From: Acidobacteriota bacterium
Lineage (GTDB): Bacteria > Acidobacteriota > UBA6911 > RPQK01 > JAJDTT01
Reading direction: 5' to 3'
DNA length: 64,000 bases
Assembly: GCA_965217775.1 (NCBI GenBank)
Contig: CBDCJH010000002.1
Span: forward strand, 3,936,001 to 4,000,000
Of the stretch, positions 50,101 to 60,051 are shown in pieces. Below the pieces are notes generated by a model, which was not told where the DNA came from, made no database searches, and worked only from the letters and a program-made list of their open reading frames with translations. The translations under genes and the position numbers were made by a program. Numbering within the stretch: position 1 is the first letter of the stretch; each line of letters begins with the position of its first letter.

Positions 50101-50896
50101 TCCGGTGGTATTCGTAGAGCGATCCATGGATGTCGTTGGACCCGCTCTTCGTCACCAGCGACACCTGCGCGCCCGACGAACGGCCCTGGTCGGCATTGGC
50201 CGTGGTCGTCACCACCCGGAATTCCTGGATCGAATCCAGCGTGTTGCGAAGGACGCTGGTAAATGGCAGGCGTCCGTTCTGGTCGTTCACGTCAACCCCG
50301 TCCAGCGTCACGTTCGACTGGTCACTCTGGGCTCCGTTGACGGTCCCGTTCCGGATGTCTCCCGACAATTGGGCGTCCAACGGGTCCGCAGTCAGGAACG
50401 TGACCCCCGCCTGCAGCGAGAGCAGGCCGGCCGGGTTTCGCGCATTCAACGGCAACTGGCCGATCGGCTTGGTTCCGAACGCGTTTCCGACCGATGCATC
50501 GGTAGTGTTCAGCTGTCTGGCCGCGGCGGACACCGTGACGGACTCCGTGAGCGCCTCGACGTCGAATTTCACGGGAAGGTCGATCTTGGTGTTGACGAGC
50601 AAAGTAATGCCCTCAATGGTCACCAATTCGAAGCCCGGCTGAGCGGCCGCCAGCGTGTAGGAGCCGGGTGGGAGCTGGGGAAAGACGTACAGTCCCTCAT
50701 CGTTGGAGAGTACGGTTCGCTGGAGGCCGTTGGCCTCGTTCAGGATGGTAATCTCGACGCCGGGAAGCACGCCGCCGGTCTCGTCGGTTACGACCCCACT
50801 CAAACTGCTGGATTGAGCGTAGGAATATGGAGCGGCTATGAGGATCGCCACCAGGAAGGCTGGCAACAGAGAGTAGAAGGGTGATGGTTTCATCAT
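47183..50896 (-). CDS. Oar-like TonB-dependent receptor with N-terminal carboxypeptidase-regulatory-like domain
   Basis: GVVTDETGGVLPG, LPLNARN, IQEFRV, TKSGSN and QFRAEVFNLTN motifs; C-terminal QFGLRYEF. Confidence 0.92.
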   Translation of the reverse strand: MMKPSPFYSLLPAFLVAILIAAPYSYAQSSSLSGVVTDETGGVLPGVEITILNEANGLQRTVLSNDEGLYVFPQLPPGSYTLAAAQPGFELVTIEGITLLVNTKIDLPVKFDVEALTESVTVSAAARQLNTTDASVGNAFGTKPIGQLPLNARNPAGLLSLQAGVTFLTADPLDAQLSGDIRNGTVNGAQSDQSNVTLDGVDVNDQNGRLPFTSVLRNTLDSIQEFRVVTTTANADQGRSSGAQVSLVTKSGSNDIHGSLYEYHRNTVTAANDFFNNRAGVDRPKLIRNVFGASVGGPFKKDRVFYFVNYEGRRDASEGSAVRRVPTASMRDGFVRYRGASGEIQTLSPEFISSRIDPLGTGPNAATLQYFSSFPEPNDSTVGDGLNTAGFRFAASTPLVWNTFISKLDWNLDQNGGHRMFLRTNYQNDSISSVPQFPGQAPNRETADTSRGLALGYDGTFGTNVLGTFRYGFTGQKLIISGVQTESRASLGDSIIDDMEGSTTPRDTYLPTQTVAGDFSVISGSHTLQFGGAFFSTRNQRLSYGNSFHFAKQAAWALFDAPTVFDGPLAVAPANPGVYRETMATALGVLNFFDANYNYDLAGNPLSLGDPVSRTFGAEQFELYLQDTWRVQPGLTVTAGLRWSIMPPVREVNGLQVSITPGLDQYIAHRLDLAANGRPTRDAGPIGFVGVDDPQGGPLWATHYKNFSPRLAVAYSPDFGDGFLGKLFGGLGRTSIRAGAGIFYSSFGMGMMQMLDRNAFGLTSKVTNQISTVAASPRFAGLSNLPAAGILPPPPGGPGTPNPMGLGWSQGVDSSVVPPYSINPTFSLAREFDGGFLLEVGYVGRLGRRLLVNDTASAQYANFKDPVSGGYLLDALHDLELMVRRGTPTGSVQPIAFWENVYSGAATPDATATQRVYDVIRSGSPDTGTSIYYIDYACAPFCSDLGPGAFMNPQFWAFDALRSFGTSTYHSMQVSLRKAFSKGFQFHLNYTLSKSTDLVSVSARRGVGERFGQIPGDTYWSAFSVINSWDREAQRSVSDFDMRHQWNANWVAELPVGRGKAVLPNLGTAGEALLGGWQVSGLMRVTSGLPLSVLNGLAWPTCYCYQHFAEPVGAVPEQTNTKNARLIGGGSGPNVFSDPAAALASFRQVLPGEVGQRNNLRGDGIFSIDMALGKRFPLPFESHSIQFRAEVFNLTNSVRFNPDVWETLSFVFPGSFGNYSQVMIPPRVMQFGLRYEF

Positions 50897-51430
50897 GTGA
50901 ATCCTCCTCGTCAAGCCCGACGCCAGGACACTCCCGGCATTGGGCTCGCTTTGACAGCCAGAGCGATGGGGGATCGGATAAAAAGATTCGAAAGAGAAAA
51001 CATTTCTAGAGAACTAAGGATACGCTCCTGCGCTTGAGCACATCGGATTCCAGCTTCGCGCTGATGCCGAAAATGGCAGTCCCAGGTTGGAACTGGGAGT
51101 GGCGCAGCTTCCGATTCTTTCCCTGCCGCGAGGGCCCGCCCCCGGCTGAGTGAAGGATTCTCCACCCTTGCTGACCTGTCGGCGCCTCCCCTGTTTCCAA
51201 TCGTGAACGTCGCAGCATGAAGTGTGACCTTATTTACACAAAGCATACCAGACCATGACCGATGATTCACATTGGGACGAACCTGGAGTCGCGGGTCGGT
51301 GCGACGGCGGTGAGAACTCATTCCGAATCTGAGGCTGGCAATATGGGACGCACTGTAAGATGATGAATTTCGCCCTCCATCGTGCCTCACGCGACTCCAA
51401 ATGAGCGGAAGACCGATGTCCTTGAAACCC

Positions 51431-52951
51431 ATGAGACCCCATCTCGGACTACTCCTCCTGGTTCTGGTGGGCGCCGGCCTCCGCGCCGCACCCGAGACCA
51501 TCGACGTGGGTTCCCGGAAACAACTGTTCGTAGATGGCCGCTTCATCGATTCGAACTACAGAGTCCAGATCACCATGATACCGCCCTGGCAGGACCGGCG
51601 CACCCTGCTGGAGCCGGACCGGGACTGGGAGGGTCCCGGACAGGGCGGCTCCATCGGCCCCTATTCCAGCGTGCTCAAGGACAACGGGAAGATCCGCATC
51701 TGGTATGACCAGCGCCAATACGGCGATGACCCCTTCCCGGAGGTGCTGAGAGTCTGCTACGCCGAGTCCGACGACGGATTGGTGTTCGTCAAGCCTCGTC
51801 TGGGAATTCATGAGGCCGGCGGGTCCCGCCAGAACAACGTGGTGCTCCCCGGGAAGATTGGAGGCTCGTCCGTCTGGATCGATCCCCACGCTCCGCCCGA
51901 GCACCGCTACAAGACCCAGGCCAAGGTCTATCCGTCCGCCGAGCTTCACCTGCACACGTCGCCGGACGGCATTCGTTGGAAGCTCTTCTCCAAGCTGGAT
52001 CCGGGTCCCGGCGGCTGGGACACCCAGAGCATCATCTTCTGGGATCCGCCTTCGTCGCGTTATCTCCTGTTCACCCGATACTGGACCCGATTCGACGACC
52101 GGAACCGGAACTTCCGCTCGGTCCGCCGCCTGGAGTCCCGCGATCTCGTCCACTGGACGAATCAGAGCGTCGTGGTGGGACCCGACTCCACGGACCGGGC
52201 GACCCATGTCACGCCCACCGGCCAGCCGCCGGTGGACTATTACGGCGCCGACGTCTTCCGGTACGAAGAGGCGGATCAAGTCTATATTCTCTTGGCCCAA
52301 GCCTTCTGGCATTGGAAGCCGAGACCCCTCATATCCGGATTGGGGCCCAGCGCCATGGACGTGCGGCTGTTGGTGAGCCGGGACGGGAAACAATTCCGGC
52401 GGGTCGGAGAAAGAAAGCCCTTCCTTCGGATGGGCCCGCCCGGAAGCTTCGACTCGGCCCGGGTCTGGGCCCTGCCCCACCCCGTCCGCATGGGCGACGA
52501 ACTCTGGATCTACTACAACGGGTCCAACCGGGACCATGATCGGCAGTTGGATTCAGAGTCTTCCAGGCACCGGACGGGCATCAGCCGGGCCGTCATGAGG
52601 CTGGACGGCTTCGTATCCGTGGACGCCCCATACGGCGGCGGCCGCTTCACCACTCCGCCGATCCGTTTCAGCGGGTCACGACTGGAATTGAACCTGGACA
52701 CGGGAGGCGGAGGCCGGGCGCTGGTGGAGATCCTGGACAAATCGGGGCGAACCGTACCCGGTTTCTCGCGCGAGAAGGCACTGCCGCTGAACGGGAACTC
52801 GGTCCGGTTGCCGGTGCGCTGGAGGGAGGACCCAGACTTGGAGAAGCTGGCGGGCCAGCCGGTCCGCCTCCGGTTTCATCTTCAGGACTGCAAGCTCTAC
52901 GCCTTTCAGTTCAAGGAGAGCGAGAGCGGAAGACCCCGGGCCATCCGCTGA
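51431..52951 (+). CDS. Secreted GH32-like beta-propeller protein
   Basis: Signal peptide; KQLFVD, YAESDDG, WDTQS, VSRDG and MRLDGF motifs. Confidence 0.65.
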   Translation: MRPHLGLLLLVLVGAGLRAAPETIDVGSRKQLFVDGRFIDSNYRVQITMIPPWQDRRTLLEPDRDWEGPGQGGSIGPYSSVLKDNGKIRIWYDQRQYGDDPFPEVLRVCYAESDDGLVFVKPRLGIHEAGGSRQNNVVLPGKIGGSSVWIDPHAPPEHRYKTQAKVYPSAELHLHTSPDGIRWKLFSKLDPGPGGWDTQSIIFWDPPSSRYLLFTRYWTRFDDRNRNFRSVRRLESRDLVHWTNQSVVVGPDSTDRATHVTPTGQPPVDYYGADVFRYEEADQVYILLAQAFWHWKPRPLISGLGPSAMDVRLLVSRDGKQFRRVGERKPFLRMGPPGSFDSARVWALPHPVRMGDELWIYYNGSNRDHDRQLDSESSRHRTGISRAVMRLDGFVSVDAPYGGGRFTTPPIRFSGSRLELNLDTGGGGRALVEILDKSGRTVPGFSREKALPLNGNSVRLPVRWREDPDLEKLAGQPVRLRFHLQDCKLYAFQFKESESGRPRAIR

Positions 52952-53151
52952 GATCGATTCGGCGGCGGCGGGTTCCCGGGGCGACCCGCTATCGTACGCC
53001 GCAAACTGTGGATATGATCCGGGGAAAACGCTCTTTTTGATCGGGACCTCAACTGGCAGGAGCAATTGGAGTTCAATTCCGGCAACGCCCCAGCTTCACA
53101 GTGGACGTGGCCGGGCGGCCTTTGGAGTAGCGATCGGGCACACCATCTCGA

Positions 53152-54769
53152 GTGAACTAAAACGTCACGACGCTTCGCGGAGACTTCTCCGGCGGCATTA
53201 CCTCCGCCGTGGTGACGCTGCCGGTCGCATTGGCCTTCGGCGTGGCGTCGGGCCTGGGGGCGGCCGCCGGCTTGTACGGCGCTATTGCCGTCGGCTTTTT
53301 CGCGGCTCTGTTCGGCGGTACGCGAGCCCAACTGTCCGCCCCCACGGCTCCGACGACCGTTGCCATGGCGGTCATCCTCACCAGCCACTCCTCCAATCTC
53401 GCGGAAGCCTTCACCGTGGTGGTGCTGGCCGGCCTGCTGCAAGTGCTCATGGGCATATCCGGGATCGGCCGCTTCGTGGCGTACACGCCTTACGTGGTTG
53501 TCTCCGGATTCATGTCCGGCATCGGCATCATCATGATCGTGATTCAGATCTTGCCGTTTTCTCGGCGCGCCCGCGGCGCCGGGCGGACCGCTGGGGACGA
53601 TTCACGCGTTGCCCGAGGCGGTGGCCAATATCAATGGCAGCGCGTTTGCCCTCGCCGCCTTGACTCTGGTGGTTGTGTCGGTCTGGCCCCGCCGCCTGGC
53701 GATACTGCTGCCCGCTCCCCTTCTGGCCCTGATTACCGGCACCCTGGTGGGCCTGCTGTGGCTCGGCGGCGCCCCCGTCGTCGGACCCGTGCCTGGAGGT
53801 TTGCCGGAACCGCATTTGATGTTCCCCTCCGCCGGCTTTATTGCGGGTGCCCTCCAACCGGCGATCATTCTTGCCCTGCTCGGCTCCGTGAACAGCCTTC
53901 TCACTTCCCTGGTCGCCGATTCCCTCACTGGCGGACACCACAATCCCAACCGGGAACTGGTGGGTCAGGGAATCGGCAACATGGTCGCGGGATTCATGGG
54001 AGGCCTGCCTGGAGCCGGGGCCACCATGGGAACCGCCATCAACATACGGGCCGGCGCCCTGACCCGGGCATCGGGAGCCTTTTCCGCGGTGGTCCTGCTG
54101 GTGTTTCTATTGGGTCTTGGCCATTACGTCGAGCCGATTCCCCGCGCCGTTCTCGCCGGCCTCCTGATCAAGGTCGGCTGGGACATCGTCGACTGGAATC
54201 TTCTCGCCCGGATTCACCGCATCCGGCACGAACACATGGCGGTCATGCTGCTCACGCTGAGCCTGACGGTGTTCGTCGACCTCGTGACCGGCATCGCCAT
54301 CGGGCTGATCGCCGCGGGAATGACTCACGCTCGGCAGTTGGAACGCCTGGAGATGGACAGCGTGGTATCGGTGCCGCTGCTGGACCAGACCTTCTTTGCC
54401 CTTCCCAAGGGACCGTCCGGATCGGACCCCTATCTGGCGCGAGTCGGCCTGTTGGCGCTCAAGGGCAGCTTTACCGTCGCCTCCTCCAACCGATTGGCCC
54501 GCGCGATCAGCGCCGACATCAAGGATCATGATGTCGTCATTTTCGACTTCTCTCAGGCCACGTATTTCGACGACAGCGCGGCCATGGTGATCAAGAAGTT
54601 GATGGACATCGCTCGGGAAGAGCAGACTGGGCTTATCGTGATGGGCCTCTCCGGCTCGGTAGCGAAAACCCTTCAGGCGCTCGCCGTCTTGCGGGAGGTG
54701 CCGGAGAAGCAGGTCTTTTCGACGCTGGACGAGGCGCGGCAGGCGGCGAAAGACCTCCTCGGCGGTTGA
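53152..54769 (+). pseudogene. SulP/SLC26 anion transporter with STAS domain, disrupted
   Basis: LRGDFSGG..LPVALAFGVASG, GFMSGIG and NRELVGQGIGN motifs; in-frame TAA at 53158-53160 before the LRGD motif; +1 frameshift in the T4 run at 53557-53560. Confidence 0.85.
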
Positions 54770-54802
54770 CGACAACGAGCTCGCCGTGGACAGCCGGAGC
54801 GG

Positions 54803-55228
54803 CTAGAGAGGCCAATCCCGGAGGAGCCGCTCGGTTTCCTCCGAGTGCGTCGTTTCGTCGCGCACCATGTCTTCGAGTTGGACCACCAACCCCTTGTCAC
54901 CCAACTCTTCCGCCTGTTGGGCCCGCTCCGTATAGTCCCGCGTCGCCTTCTGCTCGGCTGCCAGGACCTGTTCGACCATCTCCTTGTTCGTGGCAGCCGC
55001 CGGAACCGGCCGGGGCACCATGGTCGGCTCGCCGCCCAGGGCCACGATCTTGTTCGCCAAATACTGGGCATGCAACTGCTCGTCGGTCACTTCACCGAGA
55101 AAGAACTGAGACAACTGAGGCCTGTAGGGACCCGTCGTCTTGGCGGCGTAGATCAGATATTGGATGATCGCACCCAGTTCTCCAGCCAGGTCTTCATTCA
55201 AATTCTCGATCATCTCCTGCTTGGTCAT
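54803..55228 (-). CDS. Ferritin-like (bacterioferritin-type) di-iron protein
   Basis: ELGAIIQY, DEQLHA, EQKATRDY and DETTH motifs. Confidence 0.88.
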   Translation of the reverse strand: MTKQEMIENLNEDLAGELGAIIQYLIYAAKTTGPYRPQLSQFFLGEVTDEQLHAQYLANKIVALGGEPTMVPRPVPAAATNKEMVEQVLAAEQKATRDYTERAQQAEELGDKGLVVQLEDMVRDETTHSEETERLLRDWPL

Positions 55229-55476
55229 GTTCCGCTCCCTTTCTGCCTCGTTGACTGGTCGTCGCTCTATTCATGATACATCCGTGGTCGCCGACCTTGA
55301 GGTGGCGGTGCCTTTCTTCCTTCCATGGCACACCGCGGCTACGTTTACGTTCTCAATAACCACGCGGCGGGTAGACCTGTGGGAACGCGTGTGGACACCT
55401 TCGCGGAACACCCGCTGATGAAGCCGACCCTCAAACGTGCCTGAAGTTATCTCGGCGGCAATGCAACACTCGCACG

Positions 55477-56610
55477 CTAGGGGCCGGTGACACCTCGTGC
55501 CTGGTCGCGCAGCTTCCTCAGCCGGTGCCATTCCGCTTCGGTCTCTTTGGCCAGACGGTGTTCCCCCATTGCAGCATAGGTTCGCAGTAAAAGGTAAAGA
55601 CCTTCAATCGAATAACGATCCAACTTCACGGCGCGCTCCAGCAACTCTCTGGCTTGTCGGTAGAGCCGTCGATCCAGTTGGAGACGACCCAACGAAACAT
55701 GCGCGGTAACCGAATTGGGCGCCACTTCCAACGCACGCCGCAGGGAAGCAGAGGCCTTCTCACCTTCTCCCTGCCGTGCCCATGAATCCCCCAATTTCAC
55801 GAGAACGTCCGGATCGCGCGGATTCAGCTTCGTTGCTTGCTGGTACGTTTCAAGGGCCGCCTGAAATTTCCCCAGACCTTCGTACAACTCCCCCATGGCC
55901 GCCAACAACAGGATCTTGGAGGGAAGATCCTGGGTCAGCGAAAGACCCTGCTTCATAAAGGCCTCTGCATCCGGATTGGACCCGGTGATAAACGCGGCCA
56001 CGCTGGAAAGCAGCAGAACGTATGAATCAGTGGGAAAACGGCTTCGAGCATCGGCCAGAACTTCCTGAGCCCGCCGATCTTCCTTTCCCTTGAGCAGGGC
56101 CAAGCCAAGGTCATAGTACGTCTGGACATCAACACCACGTTTGAGCGCCTCTTCCAGATGCCGGATAGCGGTTGGATACTGTTCCAGTTGCACCAGCGCA
56201 CCTCCGACCAGACGCAGTTCGTCGGCGGTCAGCGTCTGTTCGCCGGTTCCTTCATAGAGTCCAACCACGCGTGCATAGGCCCCCATTCGGAAGCAAGCGA
56301 GGGCTAGATTGAACCTCGTCTCCTTTGATGCAGGGTCCAACTCCAGTGACTGCGAAAATGCTCTCGCCGCCGGTGCGAACTCCCCTTGCTGCACGTAAAC
56401 CATTCCCAACAGGAAATGGACCTCGGGATCGTTGCCGCGCAGTCTCGCGAGAGTCTCCAACTGCTGCGCGGCTTGCTGCCACTGTCCACCTGCAATATTC
56501 GTCTGAGCCTTCCGATAGATCTCGTCTGCGTCCCGGTTCTGTCCTTGAGAAACCTGAGAAAGGGCAAATGCCAATACTGCAGAGATCAAGATGTGAAGCT
56601 TAGTCCGCAT
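55477..56610 (-). CDS. Secreted tetratricopeptide repeat protein
   Basis: Signal peptide; multiple TPR units (HFLLGMVY..G..A..F..SLELDP). Confidence 0.88.
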   Translation of the reverse strand: MRTKLHILISAVLAFALSQVSQGQNRDADEIYRKAQTNIAGGQWQQAAQQLETLARLRGNDPEVHFLLGMVYVQQGEFAPAARAFSQSLELDPASKETRFNLALACFRMGAYARVVGLYEGTGEQTLTADELRLVGGALVQLEQYPTAIRHLEEALKRGVDVQTYYDLGLALLKGKEDRRAQEVLADARSRFPTDSYVLLLSSVAAFITGSNPDAEAFMKQGLSLTQDLPSKILLLAAMGELYEGLGKFQAALETYQQATKLNPRDPDVLVKLGDSWARQGEGEKASASLRRALEVAPNSVTAHVSLGRLQLDRRLYRQARELLERAVKLDRYSIEGLYLLLRTYAAMGEHRLAKETEAEWHRLRKLRDQARGVTGP

Positions 56611-56730
56611 TTCTCACCATGGGGCGTCCAGCGCAGTCTGTCCCCTGGAGGCTGCCACGAAATAATTGGAAATGCCTGAAGAAAAGGTGTTTGTCTTGGG
56701 GCACATAGCGACTTTTTTTGGAAACTCGGG

Positions 56731-58443
56731 TTAGCACTCTTCCTGTATTTCCAGGATTCGATTCACTGGAACCTTCGTAAGCTTCTGCTCCTTCCCGTTG
56801 GGCCAACGGATCAGGATCTGATCAATAACGCTGTGCGACCCCAGGCCGAAGTGTAAACGCAGGTCATTCTGAGACTGATAGCTGCCGCCACTCTGGACCT
56901 CTCGGATCTGACTGAGTTGCCCGGTTCGAACCGAAACACGGGCTCCAATCGCACTGCGGTTCGAACAGGTGCCCTTCAGCTTGAGCAGCAGCCAGTTGCC
57001 CTTGGAACTACTGTCATTCAACAGCAGTGATGGAGCTTCATCCAGATTCGAAATCAACAGATCCATGTGACCGTCGTTGTTGAAGTCTCCCACGGCGAGG
57101 CCTCGACTGTTCCTGACCTCGCCCAGCCCTGAACCTGCCTTCTCCGTCGCATCCTCAAAACGGCCGTTTCCAAGATTGCGAAAGAGTTGATTCGCCTGGC
57201 GAAACGAGGTCCCAAGCTGATGGACATCAACCTCCGGATAGACATGTCCGTTGGCGAGAACCAGATCTTTCCAACCGTCCAAGTCAAGGTCGACGAAAGA
57301 CACGCCCCATCCAAGCTTCTGCCACGTCGCCCGCCCGAGACCCACGTTGTAGGTTCCGTCGCTGAAGAAACCGCCGCCGCCGTTTTTATAAAGCGTGTTC
57401 GTGTCATCGGAAAAATTCGTCACGATGACGTCCAAGTCATGGTCGTTGTCATAATCGGCGAAATCCACTCCCATACCCGCCTGCTCCCTGCCGCTGTCAT
57501 TGACAGCCAAACCGACAAGCAGGCCCACCTCGATGAAGGATCCGTCTCCCTGGTTCTGGAAAAGGAAGTTGGGCATTGAATCGTTGGCCACGTAGATATC
57601 CGGATCCCCGTCCCCGTCGTAGTCACCCCACACCACGCCCAGGCCATATGACGCCCGGGACTCTCCCACATGGGCCTCCATGGTCCCGTCCAGGAACCGC
57701 GCATCCCCGAGATTTTCGAAGAAACGATCTCCTTGTGCCGTCAGTCCGCGTGGACCGCACTGGACCTTGATTCCCCGATAACGGCAGAGAGGGCCATCCC
57801 TGGGAGGATTATTGACATCGAAATAGAGATAATTCGCAACGTACAGATCGACGTCACCGTCTCGGTCATAGTCAGCGAAGGCGGCGGCAGAACTCCACGA
57901 CGGATCGTCGGCTCCCGACTCTCGACTGAAGTCTCGAAAGGTCCCATCTCCGTTGTTCAGAAACAGGACATTGGGCCCATAATTGGAGACATAGAGATCG
58001 TCCCAACCGTCATTATTCACGTCTGCCACACTGACTCCCATCCCCCACCGGTGGTCTCCTACGCCAGCACGCCGGGTCACATCCGTGAAGGTTCCGTCTC
58101 TGTTGTTCCGGAAAAGATGGTTTACCGCTCCATTGTCCCCTTTTCGCTCGGCCTCCAGTGTGGAGCCGTTGACCAGATAGACATCCACCCAACCGTCGTG
58201 GTCGTAGTCGATCAGGCCGATCCCTCCGCTCATTGACTCGAGGATGTATTCCTTGGACCTGAGTCCGCTGGTGAGAGTGAAGATGAGGCCCGTGTCTTTA
58301 GTGACATTCCTGAACCTGGGAAATGCCGGCACCGACCCGATAGTCGAAAGAGAAAACATCAGCACCGTGGCGGCAGCGCAGGCGCGCGGAGTCCGCGCCG
58401 ATTTCTCACGCTGACAGGGGACCAAACAAAACACGACTTGCAC
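56731..58443 (-). CDS. CRTAC1-family protein (FG-GAP repeats plus ASPIC/UnbV); start may be further downstream
   Basis: Repeated DYDxDGxxD motifs; SNRSAIGARV, GGSYQSQ and LHFGLG. Confidence 0.9.
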   Translation of the reverse strand: MQVVFCLVPCQREKSARTPRACAAATVLMFSLSTIGSVPAFPRFRNVTKDTGLIFTLTSGLRSKEYILESMSGGIGLIDYDHDGWVDVYLVNGSTLEAERKGDNGAVNHLFRNNRDGTFTDVTRRAGVGDHRWGMGVSVADVNNDGWDDLYVSNYGPNVLFLNNGDGTFRDFSRESGADDPSWSSAAAFADYDRDGDVDLYVANYLYFDVNNPPRDGPLCRYRGIKVQCGPRGLTAQGDRFFENLGDARFLDGTMEAHVGESRASYGLGVVWGDYDGDGDPDIYVANDSMPNFLFQNQGDGSFIEVGLLVGLAVNDSGREQAGMGVDFADYDNDHDLDVIVTNFSDDTNTLYKNGGGGFFSDGTYNVGLGRATWQKLGWGVSFVDLDLDGWKDLVLANGHVYPEVDVHQLGTSFRQANQLFRNLGNGRFEDATEKAGSGLGEVRNSRGLAVGDFNNDGHMDLLISNLDEAPSLLLNDSSSKGNWLLLKLKGTCSNRSAIGARVSVRTGQLSQIREVQSGGSYQSQNDLRLHFGLGSHSVIDQILIRWPNGKEQKLTKVPVNRILEIQEEC

Positions 58444-58701
58444 TCCCTCTTATGTCCTGTTGACGCAAGGATTCCCATTGTAATCCAACAGGTGGCCCGG
58501 ACCCCGATCCGGGCCCCGATCCTTGCTTATTTTGGTCTATCGGCACCCTCCTCTGGACTGGAACAGCCGCAGGTCGTGATGGCAAGATTAGAGAAGGCGC
58601 CCTTGATTTGACGGAATCCAGGCCCGCGACGCCGGGTGGGAAAACGCCATGGATGGTACGATCTCCATCACACAAGACCAATGCCGACGGGAGGCCAAGA
58701 T

Positions 58702-59994
58702 ATGACTAGGAGAGAAATTCTTCTGACTCTGAGCCTGGGAGCCGGAGTCCGCACGGTGAAAGCCGCAGGTTTGCGGCGGTCGTCCGCTCCTTCCTTGACT
58801 CCGACTGGACGGGGTGCACCGAGCGCCAGGCTGAGAAAGGTCAAGGATCTGGTCATCTACAGAGACGACCGGAAATATTGCGGACCGGGTCCGGGTGTCG
58901 CCGTACTCGGCGATGGACGAGTCATGATCGCGTTCCGCCGCGTGAACCGCCTGCCAAGCGGTCTAGCGGCCCACCAGGATCCCAGAACGGAAGTCTGCAC
59001 CATTGTGTCCGCCGACGGCGTGAACTGGAACAACGCGCCGCGACGAGCTTACGGCGGCGACTACCAGACAGTGGCGATGACCAGGACCAGCAAGGGCACG
59101 CTCCTCATGGCTCATCACGCCATCACCCTGGTGCCGGAGCGAACCTTTGAGGAGGCGCGGACCCGCCTGCGAGGTCAGGAAGGATTCCGAAAGGGATTGC
59201 CGCCAGGTCTCTTCCGAACCCAGGGATGGCCCATGATTGAAGCGGGTGCAAACGTTTTCCGGTCCACCGACGACGGACAATCCTGGGATGGTCCCCACTA
59301 CGTGAGGATTCCCGAATATCCTCCCGTGCTAGGGGGTACCGGGAGTTCCCTCAACACCCGGAATCCTGTGGTTGAGTTGAGTGACGGTACGCTCGTTTTC
59401 GCCGTTTACAACGTAGAGACGGCGACCAGTGCGTTGCTCGTGGAATCGACGGACGAAGGTCTCAACTGGCGTCGCAGAGGGATGATTGCTCGAGGGCGGC
59501 CGGACGGGCTGGGCTACAACGAGACCATGATCCACGAGTGCCCTTCCGGCGACCTCGTGGCCTTTATGAGGGGCCAGCGCCGAGGTTCTCCGATGGAAGA
59601 GCAAACGCTCTACACCGCCAGATCCGGAGATGAGGGTAGAACCTGGTCGACTCCCCGCCGCCCGAAGGGCTTCTTGGGCCACCCCTTCGGTACGGCTCGA
59701 ATGCCCAGCGGAAACGTCCTTCTGGTCTACGGGTACCGCTTGCAGCCCTTCGGGATTCGAGCCCGCCTTCTCGACCCGGAGTGCACCGACATCATGGGCC
59801 GGAAAGAGTTCGTACTACGAGACGACGGAGGCGGCACGGACCTCGGCTATCCCCTCGCGGCGACCCTGCCGAACGGCCAGGCCATCGTGGTGTACTACAT
59901 GAACGATCTGGGGGATCGGCCGGAACCGCCGTACGGTGCGGGGGGGACAGGGACCCGCTACGTCGCCGCCACCATCGTGGAAGAGCGCGTCTGA
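58702..59994 (+). CDS. Sialidase-like Asp-box protein with Tat signal
   Basis: MTRREIL; YCGPGP; STDDGQSW, STDEGLNW, SGDEGRTW; YNET; DLGYP. Confidence 0.8.
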   Translation: MTRREILLTLSLGAGVRTVKAAGLRRSSAPSLTPTGRGAPSARLRKVKDLVIYRDDRKYCGPGPGVAVLGDGRVMIAFRRVNRLPSGLAAHQDPRTEVCTIVSADGVNWNNAPRRAYGGDYQTVAMTRTSKGTLLMAHHAITLVPERTFEEARTRLRGQEGFRKGLPPGLFRTQGWPMIEAGANVFRSTDDGQSWDGPHYVRIPEYPPVLGGTGSSLNTRNPVVELSDGTLVFAVYNVETATSALLVESTDEGLNWRRRGMIARGRPDGLGYNETMIHECPSGDLVAFMRGQRRGSPMEEQTLYTARSGDEGRTWSTPRRPKGFLGHPFGTARMPSGNVLLVYGYRLQPFGIRARLLDPECTDIMGRKEFVLRDDGGGTDLGYPLAATLPNGQAIVVYYMNDLGDRPEPPYGAGGTGTRYVAATIVEERV

Positions 59995-60051
59995 AACTGG
60001 CAGAGGAATTGCGTCGGAGTCACGGCGCGATCAGCCGCCCGACGCCAGCGG

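Noticed and set aside
50915-51400. Sigma54 promoter or riboswitch in the long divergent intergenic region
   Set aside because: The best GG-N10 candidate ends in GT rather than GC and no riboswitch consensus was recognised; an Rfam search would be needed.
55325-55444. 39-aa ORF MAHRGYVYVLNNHA.. resembling a GIY-YIG/T5orf172 N-terminus
   Set aside because: Resemblance is limited to a few residues; too weak to call.
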